Shown here: positions 52,362-64,000 of the stretch, piece after piece | Layout of the letters: the number at the start of each line of letters is the position of its first letter | Position numbering within the stretch: position 1 is the stretch's first letter | Assembly: GCA_040954595.2 (NCBI GenBank) | Contig: CM082588.2 | Span: 10,152,844 to 10,216,843 of the forward strand | DNA: 64,000 nucleotides | DNA from: Balanoglossus misakiensis | Taxonomy: Eukaryota > Animalia > Hemichordata | Direction: 5' to 3' | Translations under genes and position numbers: made by a program | The notes under the pieces: generated by a model | The model's database searches: none | The model's input: only the letters and a program-made list of their open reading frames with translations | What the model was told of the DNA's origin: nothing

Positions 52362-53003
52362 CCCTGGTTAATACTTGGCAAAAAGCAATTTTATTTTACA
52401 TTGCTAATGAAATGGTGACACTGAATCTGATTCTTTGCATCAGGGTAAATGGCGATGCAAGCTTGATGATGCATCCCGGTAGATAGTGATGCAAACACTT
52501 CACTTTGACATGGGTATTAAATGCATGTGGGGATTAAAAGTTGACTGAAAATCCCTGGGTTAATACAAGTCCAAAAGCACTGAAATTTGACATAGCTAAT
52601 ACAATGGTGACATTGAATGTGATTCTTTGCATTAGGGGAAATGGCGTAGCAAGCCTAATGATGCATCAGTGTAGATGGTGATCCAAGCTCTGCGCTTTGG
52701 CATACGTATTTAATGCATGTGCATGGGTATTTAATGTTGAATGTAAATTCCCAGGTTAATATATGCATGGGTATTTAATGTTGAATGTAAATTCCCAGGT
52801 TAATATATGCATGGGTATTTAATGTTGACTGTAAATCCCTAGGTTAATACATGGCCATAAGTACTGTAAGGGGTAGATGGTGATGCAAGCTCTGCACTTT
52901 GACATGGGGATTAAATGCATGCTGAGGGGGATTTTAAGTTGTCTGTAAATCCCCAGGTTGATATGTGGCCAAAAGCACTGTAATTTGACATTGCTAATGA
53001 TGG
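52362..53003. repeat. Short array (~3 rearranged monomers) of the 191/196-bp satellite
   Basis: Same monomer as 21865-36430, ending at the same SINE-tail junction. Confidence 0.92.
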
Positions 53004-54959
53004 TGAGCTGTACTCCCCAGGGAGTTGAATGGAATGTTTAGGTCCAACGACCTAGGTCAAATGACCATGGAACAACTTTAAAGCATGTTGAGATTTAATG
53101 TGCTACATAAGTTATAAATATTATATTAATATTATTACATAAACAACACTCTTACCTAGCTAAGGAAGTGGTCAGGTGAAAAATATTTGCAGAGCTGACC
53201 AATTATTTAAGGAATATTAAAGTTGGGTAATTTGGACGTATTCATACGGGTGTTGGTCAATGGAAAGTCCTTTGTTCATTTTCAAAATGGCAACCAAAAA
53301 TGCGAACAAAACACACTGAATTATGTACGGGATATTGGTGTTGCCTAATTTGCGTGTTTCCACATTTACTTAAACTCTCACAGGGAGACAAATGTCACAG
53401 CAAACGGAAAAATGACTATGCTACACACAACACTTTTATTGATCATGGAAAATGTTCATGAGAATTGTGTTATGGTACTTTTCGGGGCTCACGACCTGTG
53501 TTATAGGAAATCTGACAAGGAATCCAAACTGTACCACATACACAACACTTTAATTAAGCATGGGAAATGGTCCTGAGAACAATATTCTCAGAGTTGACAA
53601 ACTGTGTTATCTGCGTTATATTGATGTTGTCTAATTTACACGCCTGTACATTTATTTATACTCTGACTTTGAGCTTAATAAGGCAGCGCCTGCTAAGGTC
53701 AATTTCCCACGTACACTTTTAATTAGCATAGATAATGATCATGATAACTTCATTTTCAGAGCTGACAAACTGTGTTATGTGAAATTCATGTTGCCTATTT
53801 CATGATAATGGCTTGTGGTACACAAGGGTTAACAGCAATCAGCAATTGCTTGTATGATAGGTATAATGATCGATTTACAAATTTCAATGGTATAATAATG
53901 GGCAACACATGTGGAAGTGTTTAATAAACAGTTAACTGATGTGGTGATGGTTTGTGGTAAAATTGAGGGTACACAGATTATAATGGGCAAAACAATGAAT
54001 ATAATAGAGGTTGATGATGGTGAATGGTTTCATATGAATGGTGTAATAAAGGTTAACAAATGTGGTGATAGCTTTGGTGTACAGGGCTGTTCATATCTTT
54101 AGTAATGACAAAGGTATAATAGTGATAAAAGCTTAAATAAGTGTTAGGGCACAATCTTCATGATGGTTCATTCATTGGTTAATGTGTATATTTTATTAAT
54201 ATCATGCTATTGTTTATCAGTTAGATCATAATCAGGGTTTTTCCATGCACATAGTCATCATGAATCAGCGGAATTCTTCTGAATAGTACCTGTGATCATT
54301 TTTGCGCACCGACGCATTGTACGCGACAGACATGCAGAAAATATTAACATGTAACTCACAGGCATAGTGTTAAATCTAAACGACTATATGTTAGATAAGC
54401 TTTACCTCCCCACCCCATCAAAATTCCAAATTTAGCTTGATGTGACGTTTTCGGGTAGTACCAATTCGGAAACTTTCATGGTTCATTCATTGAACCAAAT
54501 ATTGGATTTGACACACTGTGTCTTGGGTGGGTAAAGCATGGTGAAATGTTGGCAGTAAACTTTAACCAGACAGGTCACATGAAAGGAAGATTTTATCATT
54601 TGAGTTCGATGGCATACATGATAAGATATGTCAGTTCTGACACCATTTTTGCAGACGTAGATGCTGATGTATTTTTTCCATTGGACACAATACTCAAAGT
54701 CCAGTCTGTGTTTAAAATGATACCCTGGTCACACACAGTGAGAAATGTCAGCCTCTGACTTAATTATCTAATGTATGCATTGTTAACAATGCACTGTGAC
54801 ATTTACTGCATGTATTTTTCCCACTGTGGAAACTTACTATGCTTTGAATACATGTTCCCTAATGGGGTGTTAAAGGATACAGTAGGATCTGTTTCGGTAG
54901 CAAATATGACACTGTTTTCAACATATTTGACTGGTGGCAATATGTGGTTTTACGTTGGT

Positions 54960-55457
54960 ATCCATCATGTAACTCAGATCACCTATATGAAGCTCCATAG
55001 TAAATTTCACAGAAGTCGGCTGATCAATTCCAGAAAAGTAGATTTTTTACCAAAAATGTGGAAAAAGACAAAAAAATGCATAACAAGTAGAAAATTCACA
55101 CTATTAGCTTAAAACATACAGAAATGTGTGAGGCTAATATAAGGTACTATCATACCATTTTTTCAAATCAACATGACCAGGACTTGTCGTGTTTCTGAGT
55201 TTTGACCAAATTAAGGTTTTCCCAGCTAATTTGTATATATTTTTGGCAATGACAACTTCGTTTGAACAAACTCCCATCTACAGCCTAGCATGCATCTACA
55301 CACCAAATATCGAGGTTATTGGCGCAACGGTTTTCAAGTTTTTGATGTGTACGGACATACATCCATCTATCCGTCCATATGTCCATACATACATACAGAC
55401 GCAACCAAATCCATAAGGTCCCACTGTATATACCTATACAAATGGGACCAAATAAAA
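54960..55457 (-). mobile_element. HINE-like element fragment in reverse orientation (a family different from 14808)
   Basis: The minus strand starts TTTTATTTGGTCCC...GGGACCTTATGG (short inverted repeat), followed by a TGTA/TGGA-type microsatellite, as in a HINE head. The left boundary is uncertain. Confidence 0.55.
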
Positions 55458-56228
55458 CACAAAAAAAATAACACTTAACATCTTACAGTGCAGGGCCTTG
55501 CTAGTTGATGTGGTACAATTCTATCATATCACTTCACAGCTGGTAGCCAAGGGCAGTGTTTGCACAGAGGAGCCTCCTGAATGTCTTCGCTCGTTCACAC
55601 CTCTTCAGTGATAATGTCTGGATTACATTGACATGAAACTGTTTGTTCAGTAGTGTTTCAACTGCCAGCTACCTGGGTTCATTTTACACCCAAACACTGA
55701 AAATATTGTAGCAGTCAATAATATAACCTACACACTGTGTGAAATTCACCATGTTCTAAAGTAATGTTGATGTCTAATGTGCATTGTGACTTACAGGGCA
55801 TGCACGGCTAAAGCTTGTCGAAAGTTGACAAAGCAAAAGACCAGACCAGTTGCCTGTTTTAAAATGTGCTTCATTCCAAGGACCTTGGCGATGAGTCATG
55901 AATTGGGGAACGTTCATGAGACCCATTTTTTTTCACTGGACCAGCACATTTAATGATATGACCTTGAAATTGAACTGTTCCCAGGAGCTACTGAGAGTTG
56001 CCTTGTTTCACCCCCAAGTTACTACCTGGGGTTTTTACAATGTCGACAGTAGTTCCAAAAAAAAAAACGTTGTACTTTTATGAATAATCGATTAGGGTAG
56101 ATTTATTCATGGTAGTAAAACTTTTTGGCCTGCAGTTGCCAAACAAAGACAATTACAAGTAAGGGACTGGACGTAAACTACCAGGGGGAGCGCAGGGAAA
56201 TTGACGAAAGCGATGGCCTCAAATTAAT

Positions 56229-56573
56229 GTCATAGTCCAGTGGTTAGAGCATCAGACCCATAATCAAAGAATCAAGAGTTTGATCCCTGGCATGGTTGTG
56301 GTATTGTGTCCTCTGGCAAGGCAATTTACATCTCCTTGCCTCTCCCCGCCTATAAGAAAAGGGTAATTTGGTGGATCGGATATTGTAATGTGTATGTATA
56401 GGTCTGCTTTGCTGATATAAAAGCTGCACATGTGAGCTGTTGTTTGCTCCCCATGGAGTGGAATGGAATATTTTAGGTCCAACGACCTAGGTCAAATTAC
56501 CATGGGAAACACTTCAAAGCAGCACATTGAGATTTATTGCATAATGTGCTATATAAGTAATAAATATTATATT
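56229..56573 (+). mobile_element. tRNA-derived CORE-like SINE, paralog of 38162-38492
   Basis: TAGTCCAGTGGTTAGAGC...GTTTGATCCC...GTGTCCTCTGGCAAGGCAATTTAC...GTGCTATATAAG. Confidence 0.8.
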
Positions 56574-56656
56574 GATATTATTACATAAACAACACTCTTA
56601 CTTAGCAAAGGAAGTGGTCAGGTGAACTATATTCGCAGAGCTGACCAATTGTTTAA

Positions 56657-56998
56657 AGGGGCAAAGTCTCTCATCGCTGCCTTTTTTCAATTAATTATGT
56701 ATGATACAAGACGCCATTGATGTTATTCTACATGTGGATATATGGTGAATCAACATTCGACCACACACAACTTCCGTCTCGTTTGTACGATATGAGAGTA
56801 AAAACTCGCCCAAAATGAATAAATGGTAAAGAACGATTATTCATTTTGGCGAGTTTTTCACTCTCCTGTCTATAAGAGGGATGGAAGTTGTGTGTGGTTG
56901 AACGTTCATTCGCTATATATCCACATGTAGAATAACAAACGGTGTCTCTTATCAAATATAATATGGGAAAAGGGCAGCGAGAGAGAGACTTTGTCCCT
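56657..56998. mobile_element. Palindromic Kolobok-type MITE at the site paralogous to 38576; right TTAA and flank deleted
   Basis: TTAA(56653-56)-AGGGGCAAAGTCTCTC...GAGAGACTTTGTCCCT, followed directly by CACATGGGGATT. Confidence 0.9.
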
Positions 56999-59439
56999 CA
57001 CATGGGGATTAAATGCATATGCGTGTGTATTTAAAGTTAACTGTAAATCCCCAGGTTAATACGTGGCCAAAAGCACTGTAATTTGGCATTTCTAATGATG
57101 GTGAGATGTTGTTTGCTCCCCAGGGAGTTGAATGGAATATTTAGGTCCAACATCCTAGCTCAAATGACCATGGGACAACTTAAAGCACGTTGAGATTTAA
57201 TGTGCTACATAAGTTATAAATATTATAAAAATATTATTACATAAACAACACTCTTCCTTAGCAAAGGAAGTGGTCAGGTGAAATATATTCGCAGAGCTGA
57301 CCAATTCTTTAAGGAAAATTAAAGTTGGGTAATTTGGATGTATTCATACGAGTGTTGGTCAATGATAGGAAAGTCCTTTGTTCATTTTCAAAATGAAAAC
57401 CAAAAATGCGAACAAAACACACTGAATTACGTATGGGATATTGATGTTGCCTAATTTGCGTGACTCTACATTTACTTAAACTCTCACAGGGAGACAAATG
57501 TCACAGCAAACGGAAAAATGATTATGCTAAGCAATACGCCAACCTTTAAAATATTACTTTAGAAAGTTTGTATTCATACTTTCTTCAAGTTGTCATAACG
57601 CTACCCCGAAATGTGTTTAAGTATTGCCTTTGTATTAATGGGCTAGATTCATGGCGTTATATGTCATAAATTAAAAAGCCAACCCTTATTGATTTTGATA
57701 ATATTTATGTCGGAGAATCCACAATGAAAAATATGTATTTCAATTTCATAACTCAAAATGATTTTCAAATCCATGACCTTATTTTCAACTCCAGTGATCG
57801 TACATCCTGAACCTTGTGCCAGTAAATGATTGGCCATTACAGGGTTAATGGGCACTCTCCCGTTCTCTTCCTCCGCAGTTTCATTCATGTTTTTGTTTGA
57901 CGGAAATGGGTGTGACCAGACGCTTGAATGTTTTCATGTGGGTGTCGTTGTTCATCGGGATCGGTCTCCTGGTGTGTCTGTACAGGTACGCAAGGAGAAA
58001 CTGCCCACAAGAAGCTGCGAGTGAAACTATTTAAGGTAGTATGTGCCTCGCGGTCCGAGATTCAGACAAATGATAGTCCTCAAAACTTTTTCAAGTCTTT
58101 GATTTACTAAAGTGTATGGTGAGTCTCTTTGAAAACAACAAAAACATTACTCACCATATTGTTATTTTTTTGAAAGTTTAAAATGAAGTTGACAATGTAC
58201 CAAACAGATTCTATTTATTTCTTCATGACCATGTTCACCCCAAGGTCATATGGACCTGCAAGTATATGCCAGAGCCAGAGTCGACATTACCGAAGCCAGA
58301 GTTCAAAGCTTGCAGGTCACCCCTTGCCAGCTCATGTCTAGCTAAACTGCCATGGATGCCAAGAGATATAGGACTACAGTAACCTGTAGATGGTTTCAGT
58401 ATGTTTGAAGAAAGTGGTGGCGCACTTTTGGCTACATTTGAAATGGCTATGGTACCAGTGGTTGAATTTGCAAAGGTGACCTTTGACCTGGTATCATTAA
58501 AGATATTAAAGAACGATTGAACATTCCTTGTTGTCGTAAAATGACATCTGTAATAACTTATATTTTATCTGTTCATCTTGAAGTACTATATATTTAAACG
58601 CCAATTTTCCATTGCCAATCAAGTTTTTACAAATAAATTGTAATATGCATGTTGATTTTACAAAAACTCCTTACTTCCAAGTGAATTCTGTTACACATCA
58701 CGTAAATATTTTCCCCACGAATTCTTCAGTTGCTGACTCGGAAATTTCATATATTGGGCAGAAATTGGATACATTACCGAGCCATTAAAATTACAGTTTT
58801 CTATTTTAATTGATCTTCCATAACTTCAAGTACTTTGATTTGACATAAATTAAAAACATCATGGTGAATAAATAAAAAATCTTTGATTATCTAATTGTGC
58901 ATGTTTACATGGTTTTATTTTAGTATGCTGGGTACTTAATGTCTAATTGCTCGCTGATTTTATACTGTTCAAGATGACAATCTAATTTTAGTTTTCAGCT
59001 GATAATGGAAATCACTGATTAAAAAAATTGAATTTTGTCATGAATAAACTTGTTGTTCATGGCAGTTGCTGTATTTTGTTTCATGTGTATTCAATTTTTG
59101 CAAGAATACCATTGAGCACAGTTTGATTTGATTAAACACGTTTATCGGAAAATTTTGTCATTTGAAATATCTGTTTTTGCGCCCTCTACCATTTGACCAA
59201 ATGATTCTCTTATTTTGGTGGCCTTTGTCTGTGTATATGAGAATACTATAGTACTCTCGCATCGATGATAGTAGAAGTTGAAAACGTCTCTTGCCACGTG
59301 GCCTAGAAGAAAGGTGATCTTTAGAGTAAAATAAAACAAACTATCCAGATAGGAAGCTAGAAAAGAAGTTGAATCGTTGAAATTTTATTTATTTTTATAT
59401 TGTTAATATCGTTGGTGATGTTGACTGGCCGACAATCTT

Positions 59440-61005
59440 TGTCACACCAGTATTTGCAGGTAGATTAAAACATTGCCTATTCCAGCAATAATCACAACAG
59501 TCTTACTTTTTCTATCTTTGTAAGCGTTAATCTTTATTGACCTCGCTTGTTGTTTTGTGTTTTTGTGTTGTTTTTGTTTTTGTTTTGTTTTTTTAGTAGT
59601 TTCATAATTTTATTTGTATTTTTAAAATGTTTTCCTGTTTTTTGTTTACTTTTTTATTTTTTTTACTATTTGTTGATTGTAATGCTGTATGGGTCTCGAC
59701 TGTCGGTCCCAACTTGTCATATAATTAGGTAGTACTGGAGTCAGTGGAAACCCAGGTGCCCGCATAATTTCAGGTGTAGTGACACCGTGTATTGTCATGT
59801 TAATGAATAGGGCTTCGTTAGCTAAGTTTCGTGTAGTAAGAGAGCACACTTCAATTTAGGTCTTGAAGGGAGCAACAAGTCGGGTCTCCCTGCTCAGTGA
59901 GTAGAAATACTAGGGGAAATATTGCACCATACCTTGCTGTGTAATGCTGTAGCGCGCATTAGTGCTCTCAGGACCACTGTTTCTGCAATTCGAGTGGAAG
60001 TAAATTCAGTACTTCTAGAAAGCAGAATTGTGCTTATTCAGTGCAAACCGGTGTGGTCGGGCGATTGGCGTGGCTGGCATGGTCGTATGTGGTGTGGCTG
60101 GAAATTGCTCCAAGCAGAGTTCTGTGGAACCATCCTATAGACCCGGTATTGCTGAGCATGAAGTGTGGTGAAGAATTCTCGTGTAAGTAATGTATTTGTT
60201 TATTTATTTACTATAACTTAAATTTATATTTTATGGATATTTATGTCAAATTCGACAATTTGTAAGTAATAGGACGGTCATAGTTAAAGCATAATTTTCC
60301 ATGATATCACATGTAATCATGACGCTTTAACTAGTCCAAATTTCTGATAATTATTATTGAGAAACGTCAGTATTCATTTGTGAACAGTTGCTAAGGTGGA
60401 CATTTCAGTCAATGTTTGTTGATTTTTCATTCAGCCATTTAACCCAAGACTTGCATCTAACAAGTCAGTCTTCAGTGTGTTTACTTGACTACTGGAGGAC
60501 TACAAGTGGTAGAAAACATGGTGTATCACAGATTGTATGTGTAATGTGGATCGTCGCTACATCGTTCATCTATACAGGACTCCATCCCATATTGTGGTTG
60601 AATCATGATTGTTTACTATGAATGTTATATACAGCTAAGTGACACTTACCATTGTTTAGACAATATGCAATAGACAATAAACTATAGTGATATTGTGAAT
60701 ATATTCATTTATGTAATATATTAAGTAACCCATTGTATTGTATGACCAATTGTATCAGCATACCTGTACCTGCTAAATTGGTTAGGACAGAGACATTTGA
60801 TATTGTGCATATTGTGCACAAAAATTATATTCCTAGTATTATCTTTATATTATTTAATTGATTTAAATTAAATCAACTGTATTATTGTATCCGCACTGGT
60901 TTGTGTAGTTTCTCCCCATACCTTATCCACGGATGTTTACTCCTTGGCACTGAGAGCTGGTCAATATTTATCCTGGAATCAGAGGGGTGCCCTCCACCTC
61001 TGACA
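59440..61005 (+). repeat. Putative long 5' LTR of a second Gypsy element (left boundary uncertain: TGTCA at 59440 or 59715)
   Basis: Ends ...CTCTGACA, 2 nt before a tRNA-Pro primer-binding site. No second LTR is in the window to confirm the start. Confidence 0.5.
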
Positions 61006-61007
61006 TT

Positions 61008-61024
61008 TGGGGGCTCGTCCGGGA
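61008..61024 (+). promoter_or_regulatory. Primer-binding site complementary to the tRNA-Pro 3' end
   Basis: TGGGGGCTCGTCCGGGA. Confidence 0.92.
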
Positions 61025-61289
61025 GTTTTATCGTTTTGTTGTGCATTTGTTTGTATACTATCATAAATTGTTGCCATATAGTGGAGACCATGGTTTTGAT
61101 AGGTAGAGATTCTGCAAATTGTGAAGACGGTGCTGGGTCTGTAGGCTGGTACTGTTACTGTATGTGCGCTTGTGGTTTCCTGCTATATAATATGGGCCGT
61201 GTTGGTTTGCGTCGTGCGTTTGGCTGTGTTGACTTGTGCTGAATGCCCTGTACTGCTAGGGGTTGTCAAACTGGGGGTTGTAAATCGCG

Positions 61290-63115
61290 ATACAGCAAAG
61301 CATATATGCAGAAAGAATATCTAAGATAGGGAGAAAATTTGGGTTGGAAGGGACTGCTTTAAAAGATTATGTTAGAGAGGAACAAATTAGACAGAGGGAT
61401 CTTAGGGCTACTGAGAGAGAGGAGCAGAGAGAAGATAATAGGCGGCGCGAGGAACATGAGAGAGAGATACTGAAAATGCAAATTCACTTACAAGAATTAA
61501 AATTGAAAGGGGAAAATACAGAACAGCAGGTTACTGAAAATAATTTGGCCAAAGCGCGTGCTCCGAGACTACAGGGTTTTCGTGAGGATGTTGATGATAT
61601 GGATGCGTACCTTCAACGTTTTCAGCGCTACGCCACTGCTCAGAAGTGGGAAAAAGATGACTGGGGGTGAATCTCAGTGCATATTGTTACAAGGTAAGGA
61701 TGTATCCACATACAACCAAATGCCTGCAGCGTCTGCAAATAATTATGATGAATTGAAACCAGAGTTATTGAGGGCTTACCAGTTAAGTGAGGAGAGTTTT
61801 CATGACAAGTTCCGTTCGTGTATGCCACATTATGATGAAAGTGCTCAAAAGTTTATGGACCGTATTGGTGACTATTTGGGCAGATGGGTAGAACTGGCTG
61901 GTACTCCAAAGACGTACAATGGGCTTACAGATCTGTTACTTCGAGAGCAGTTTATTGGAGTATGTTCCAGAGACATGGCAATGTTCATTAGAGAGCGACG
62001 GCCAGAGAATGTCCAAGAGATGGTATCTACTGCCTCAAAATACTTAGATGCCCGAGGGTGGTGGAAACTGCCAAGTAATGCCAAGAATAATCCAAGGAGC
62101 CAGCCGACAGCAAATACCAAGCCTTCTGTATATCCAAATCAAGTAAATAAGTTTAATAACAAAACCAATGGTTCCCATGTTTTTAAAGGTACGTGCTTCG
62201 TATGTGGTAAAGGTGGTCATATGGCCAAAGATTGTAGAAGTAAGCCAAAGATGCATAAGACGGCGGTATTGTTAACTGAAGAAGATAGAAACTATCCACC
62301 TAAACAAGAATGTACACATTGGGGCAACCGTCAACAGCCCAGGGGACTAGACACTGGTTATGCATGTATGGTGGTAGCAATGGAAATAGATAAAACAGAT
62401 GCAACACTGAATAAGGAGTTCGTGTTACCATGTGGTCATAAGCTCCCAGTGATGAGTGCTGCTTGTAGTGCCCATGGAGTGAAGAAGATGCCGGTAATGA
62501 AGGGATTGCTCGATGGTAAGCTGGTTAGCGTTTTGCGTGATAGTGGGTGTAGTAGCGTGGTAGTTCGAAGAAGTCTGGTGTCAAGTAATCAGCTGACTGG
62601 TGAGTACAGGACGTGTGTTCTGATAGATGGGACTATTAGAAGAGTACCTGTAGCCTCTATAAAAGTTGATACCCCTTACTTTGTTGGTGATGTTACTGCA
62701 CTGTGCATGATGAACCATGTGTATGATTTAATACTGGGCAACATTGATGGTGTATCTGACCCTTCGAATCCTGATACTACATGGCAGGAACCATTGCCGA
62801 CATGTAGACTGTGTACAACTGTTGGACAGGTACCAGGTTTAGCAAATGCTGTGGAGACCAGAGCCCAGAAGATAGCCAACCAAAAACCAATCAGAGAGCT
62901 TAAAGTACCTAAAGCTGTTGGTGAAGTGGTGATGCCAGGGAAGCTTCAACAAGCTCAAGAAGAAGACTCCACTCTTGACAAACTACGTGAGAAGGCAATT
63001 TTGGGTGACGAGAAAGTGACTAGGAATGGAGGTAGGTTGAAGTTCATCATGAAAGATGGGATCCTGTACAGAGAGTTCAATTCGCCAATGGTCCAATTTG
63101 GTGAAAAGCTGTTAC
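61290..63115 (+). pseudogene. Decayed Gmr1-like Ty3/Gypsy gag (SCAN-like capsid, CCHC) - protease - start of the integrase region
   Basis: PRLQGF.EDVDDMDAYLQRFQRYA..W, LLLREQF, CFVCGKGGHMAKDC, protease LRDSGCS, then AVETRAQ..QEED.TL..FIMKDGILYR. No in-frame ATG at the expected gag start. Frameshifts at ~61663-61685. Interrupted at ~63115. Confidence 0.85.
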
Positions 63116-63200
63116 ACACTGCGGGAAATACTAGAGCTATGTTGGGCAGTATTCCGCGAAGCGCGAGCTCCCATGTTCACCATAGCAACGCATTGCCAAG

Positions 63201-63851
63201 ATGGCGGCGCCCGTGTTGATCGATGCCGAGAAAGTTATAAAACGCAAATTGCGAGAGGCAAAATCTGTGCTTAAACGTAAAAAATGCGTGTCGGACAATC
63301 TGTATATACACCCACTCTTTGATGAACTTGAGGATGTGACAACAAGGGCCATATTTCGAAACGACAAGCTGTCAAAGGACAAGATTCGTTGGCGTGACGT
63401 CGCCGTATTTCCCATGTTTCAGCGTGATATGACCTACTGGCAGAAGACCTTCTACGCTCGGCTGTCAACATCCCCGTCGTTAAGGTCACCATGGCAAAGC
63501 AGCTTTACACGACAAATGCCGAGGGAAGTATTTGATGTTTTTCATCAGTTTGCTACTCGGACCGGTTTTGGTATCGACGAGAAGACCTCCAGGGCTATCA
63601 TAACCTTGACCTTCACAAGTTCCTTGAAGCTATTGTATGTGATACGGAAAGGTTATTGCTACGAGGGCGCTATCGGTCAGCATACAGAGAATATCCTAGA
63701 GAAGAAAGTCCGTGGAAAGAGGGTAGCTGTTATATTCACACCTGAGAAGCCCTGTGTTGTGAAATATTTTATCAACAGGGAGACTGTTGCTGTTAGATTC
63801 AGCTTTGGTGCCTGGAACAAACATGGAATTCCATTACATCCAGAGAACTGA
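63201..63851 (+). CDS. Intact intronless 216-aa basic protein of unknown function, probably cargo of an element inserted into the Gypsy
   Basis: Good start context CCAAGATGGCG. 651-nt open frame in non-repetitive sequence with protein-like composition. AATAAA at ~63980. No domain recognised. Confidence 0.65.
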   Translation: MAAPVLIDAEKVIKRKLREAKSVLKRKKCVSDNLYIHPLFDELEDVTTRAIFRNDKLSKDKIRWRDVAVFPMFQRDMTYWQKTFYARLSTSPSLRSPWQSSFTRQMPREVFDVFHQFATRTGFGIDEKTSRAIITLTFTSSLKLLYVIRKGYCYEGAIGQHTENILEKKVRGKRVAVIFTPEKPCVVKYFINRETVAVRFSFGAWNKHGIPLHPEN

Positions 63852-64000
63852 ACCCTATTGATTTTTCACACTGATTCAACCCATCTGAGGAACATTTTTT
63901 TCCTGATCTGTGGCACATGTTGTTCAGTGTAGATGTATCAGTCTGTCAAGACAGTCCTCTCACAATTGACATATATTCAAATAAAAAAAGGAAAATTAGA

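Noticed and set aside
56160-56225. TAAGGGACTGGACGTAAACTACCAGGGGG resembling a PIF/Harbinger MITE end
   Set aside because: No matching opposite terminus or target duplication was found in the window.
57664-58480. 74-aa minus-strand ORF and a nearby GC-richer stretch as possible gene fragments
   Set aside because: No recognisable motif or convincing splice structure, and frames on the plus strand are interrupted by stops.

Overview
AT-rich, repeat-dominated eukaryotic DNA. The repeat types suggest a marine invertebrate, possibly a hemichordate or echinoderm; this is inference. No host housekeeping gene, rRNA, true tRNA or CRISPR array is evident, and most short ORFs in the track are artefacts of repeats. 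3.9-19.2 kb is a complex satellite: ~0.9 kb monomers carry a 116-bp module amplified 1-21 times, with Helentron-type (HINE) inserts. 21.9-36.4 kb is a 191/196-bp tandem satellite. 36.4-57.5 kb holds a reiterated composite block (satellite end, CORE-SINE tail, degenerate repeats) and several MITEs. A Kolobok-type DNA transposon starts at a TTAA site at 40667. Its 11-exon DDE-type transposase gene (40959-52100, one frameshift, 3' truncated) is invisible as a single ORF. Its introns contain a hairpin element, a TTAA MITE and a complete Mag-type Ty3/Gypsy LTR retrotransposon (46966-51966; identical 154-bp LTRs, ATCAT target-site duplication, tRNA-Ser primer site). Two palindromic MITEs appear to be fold-back derivatives of this Kolobok's left end. 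The window ends in a decayed Gmr1-like Gypsy element (tRNA-Pro primer site, gag-protease-integrase order), interrupted by an intact 216-aa ORF of unknown function. All alignments and identity estimates were made by eye.
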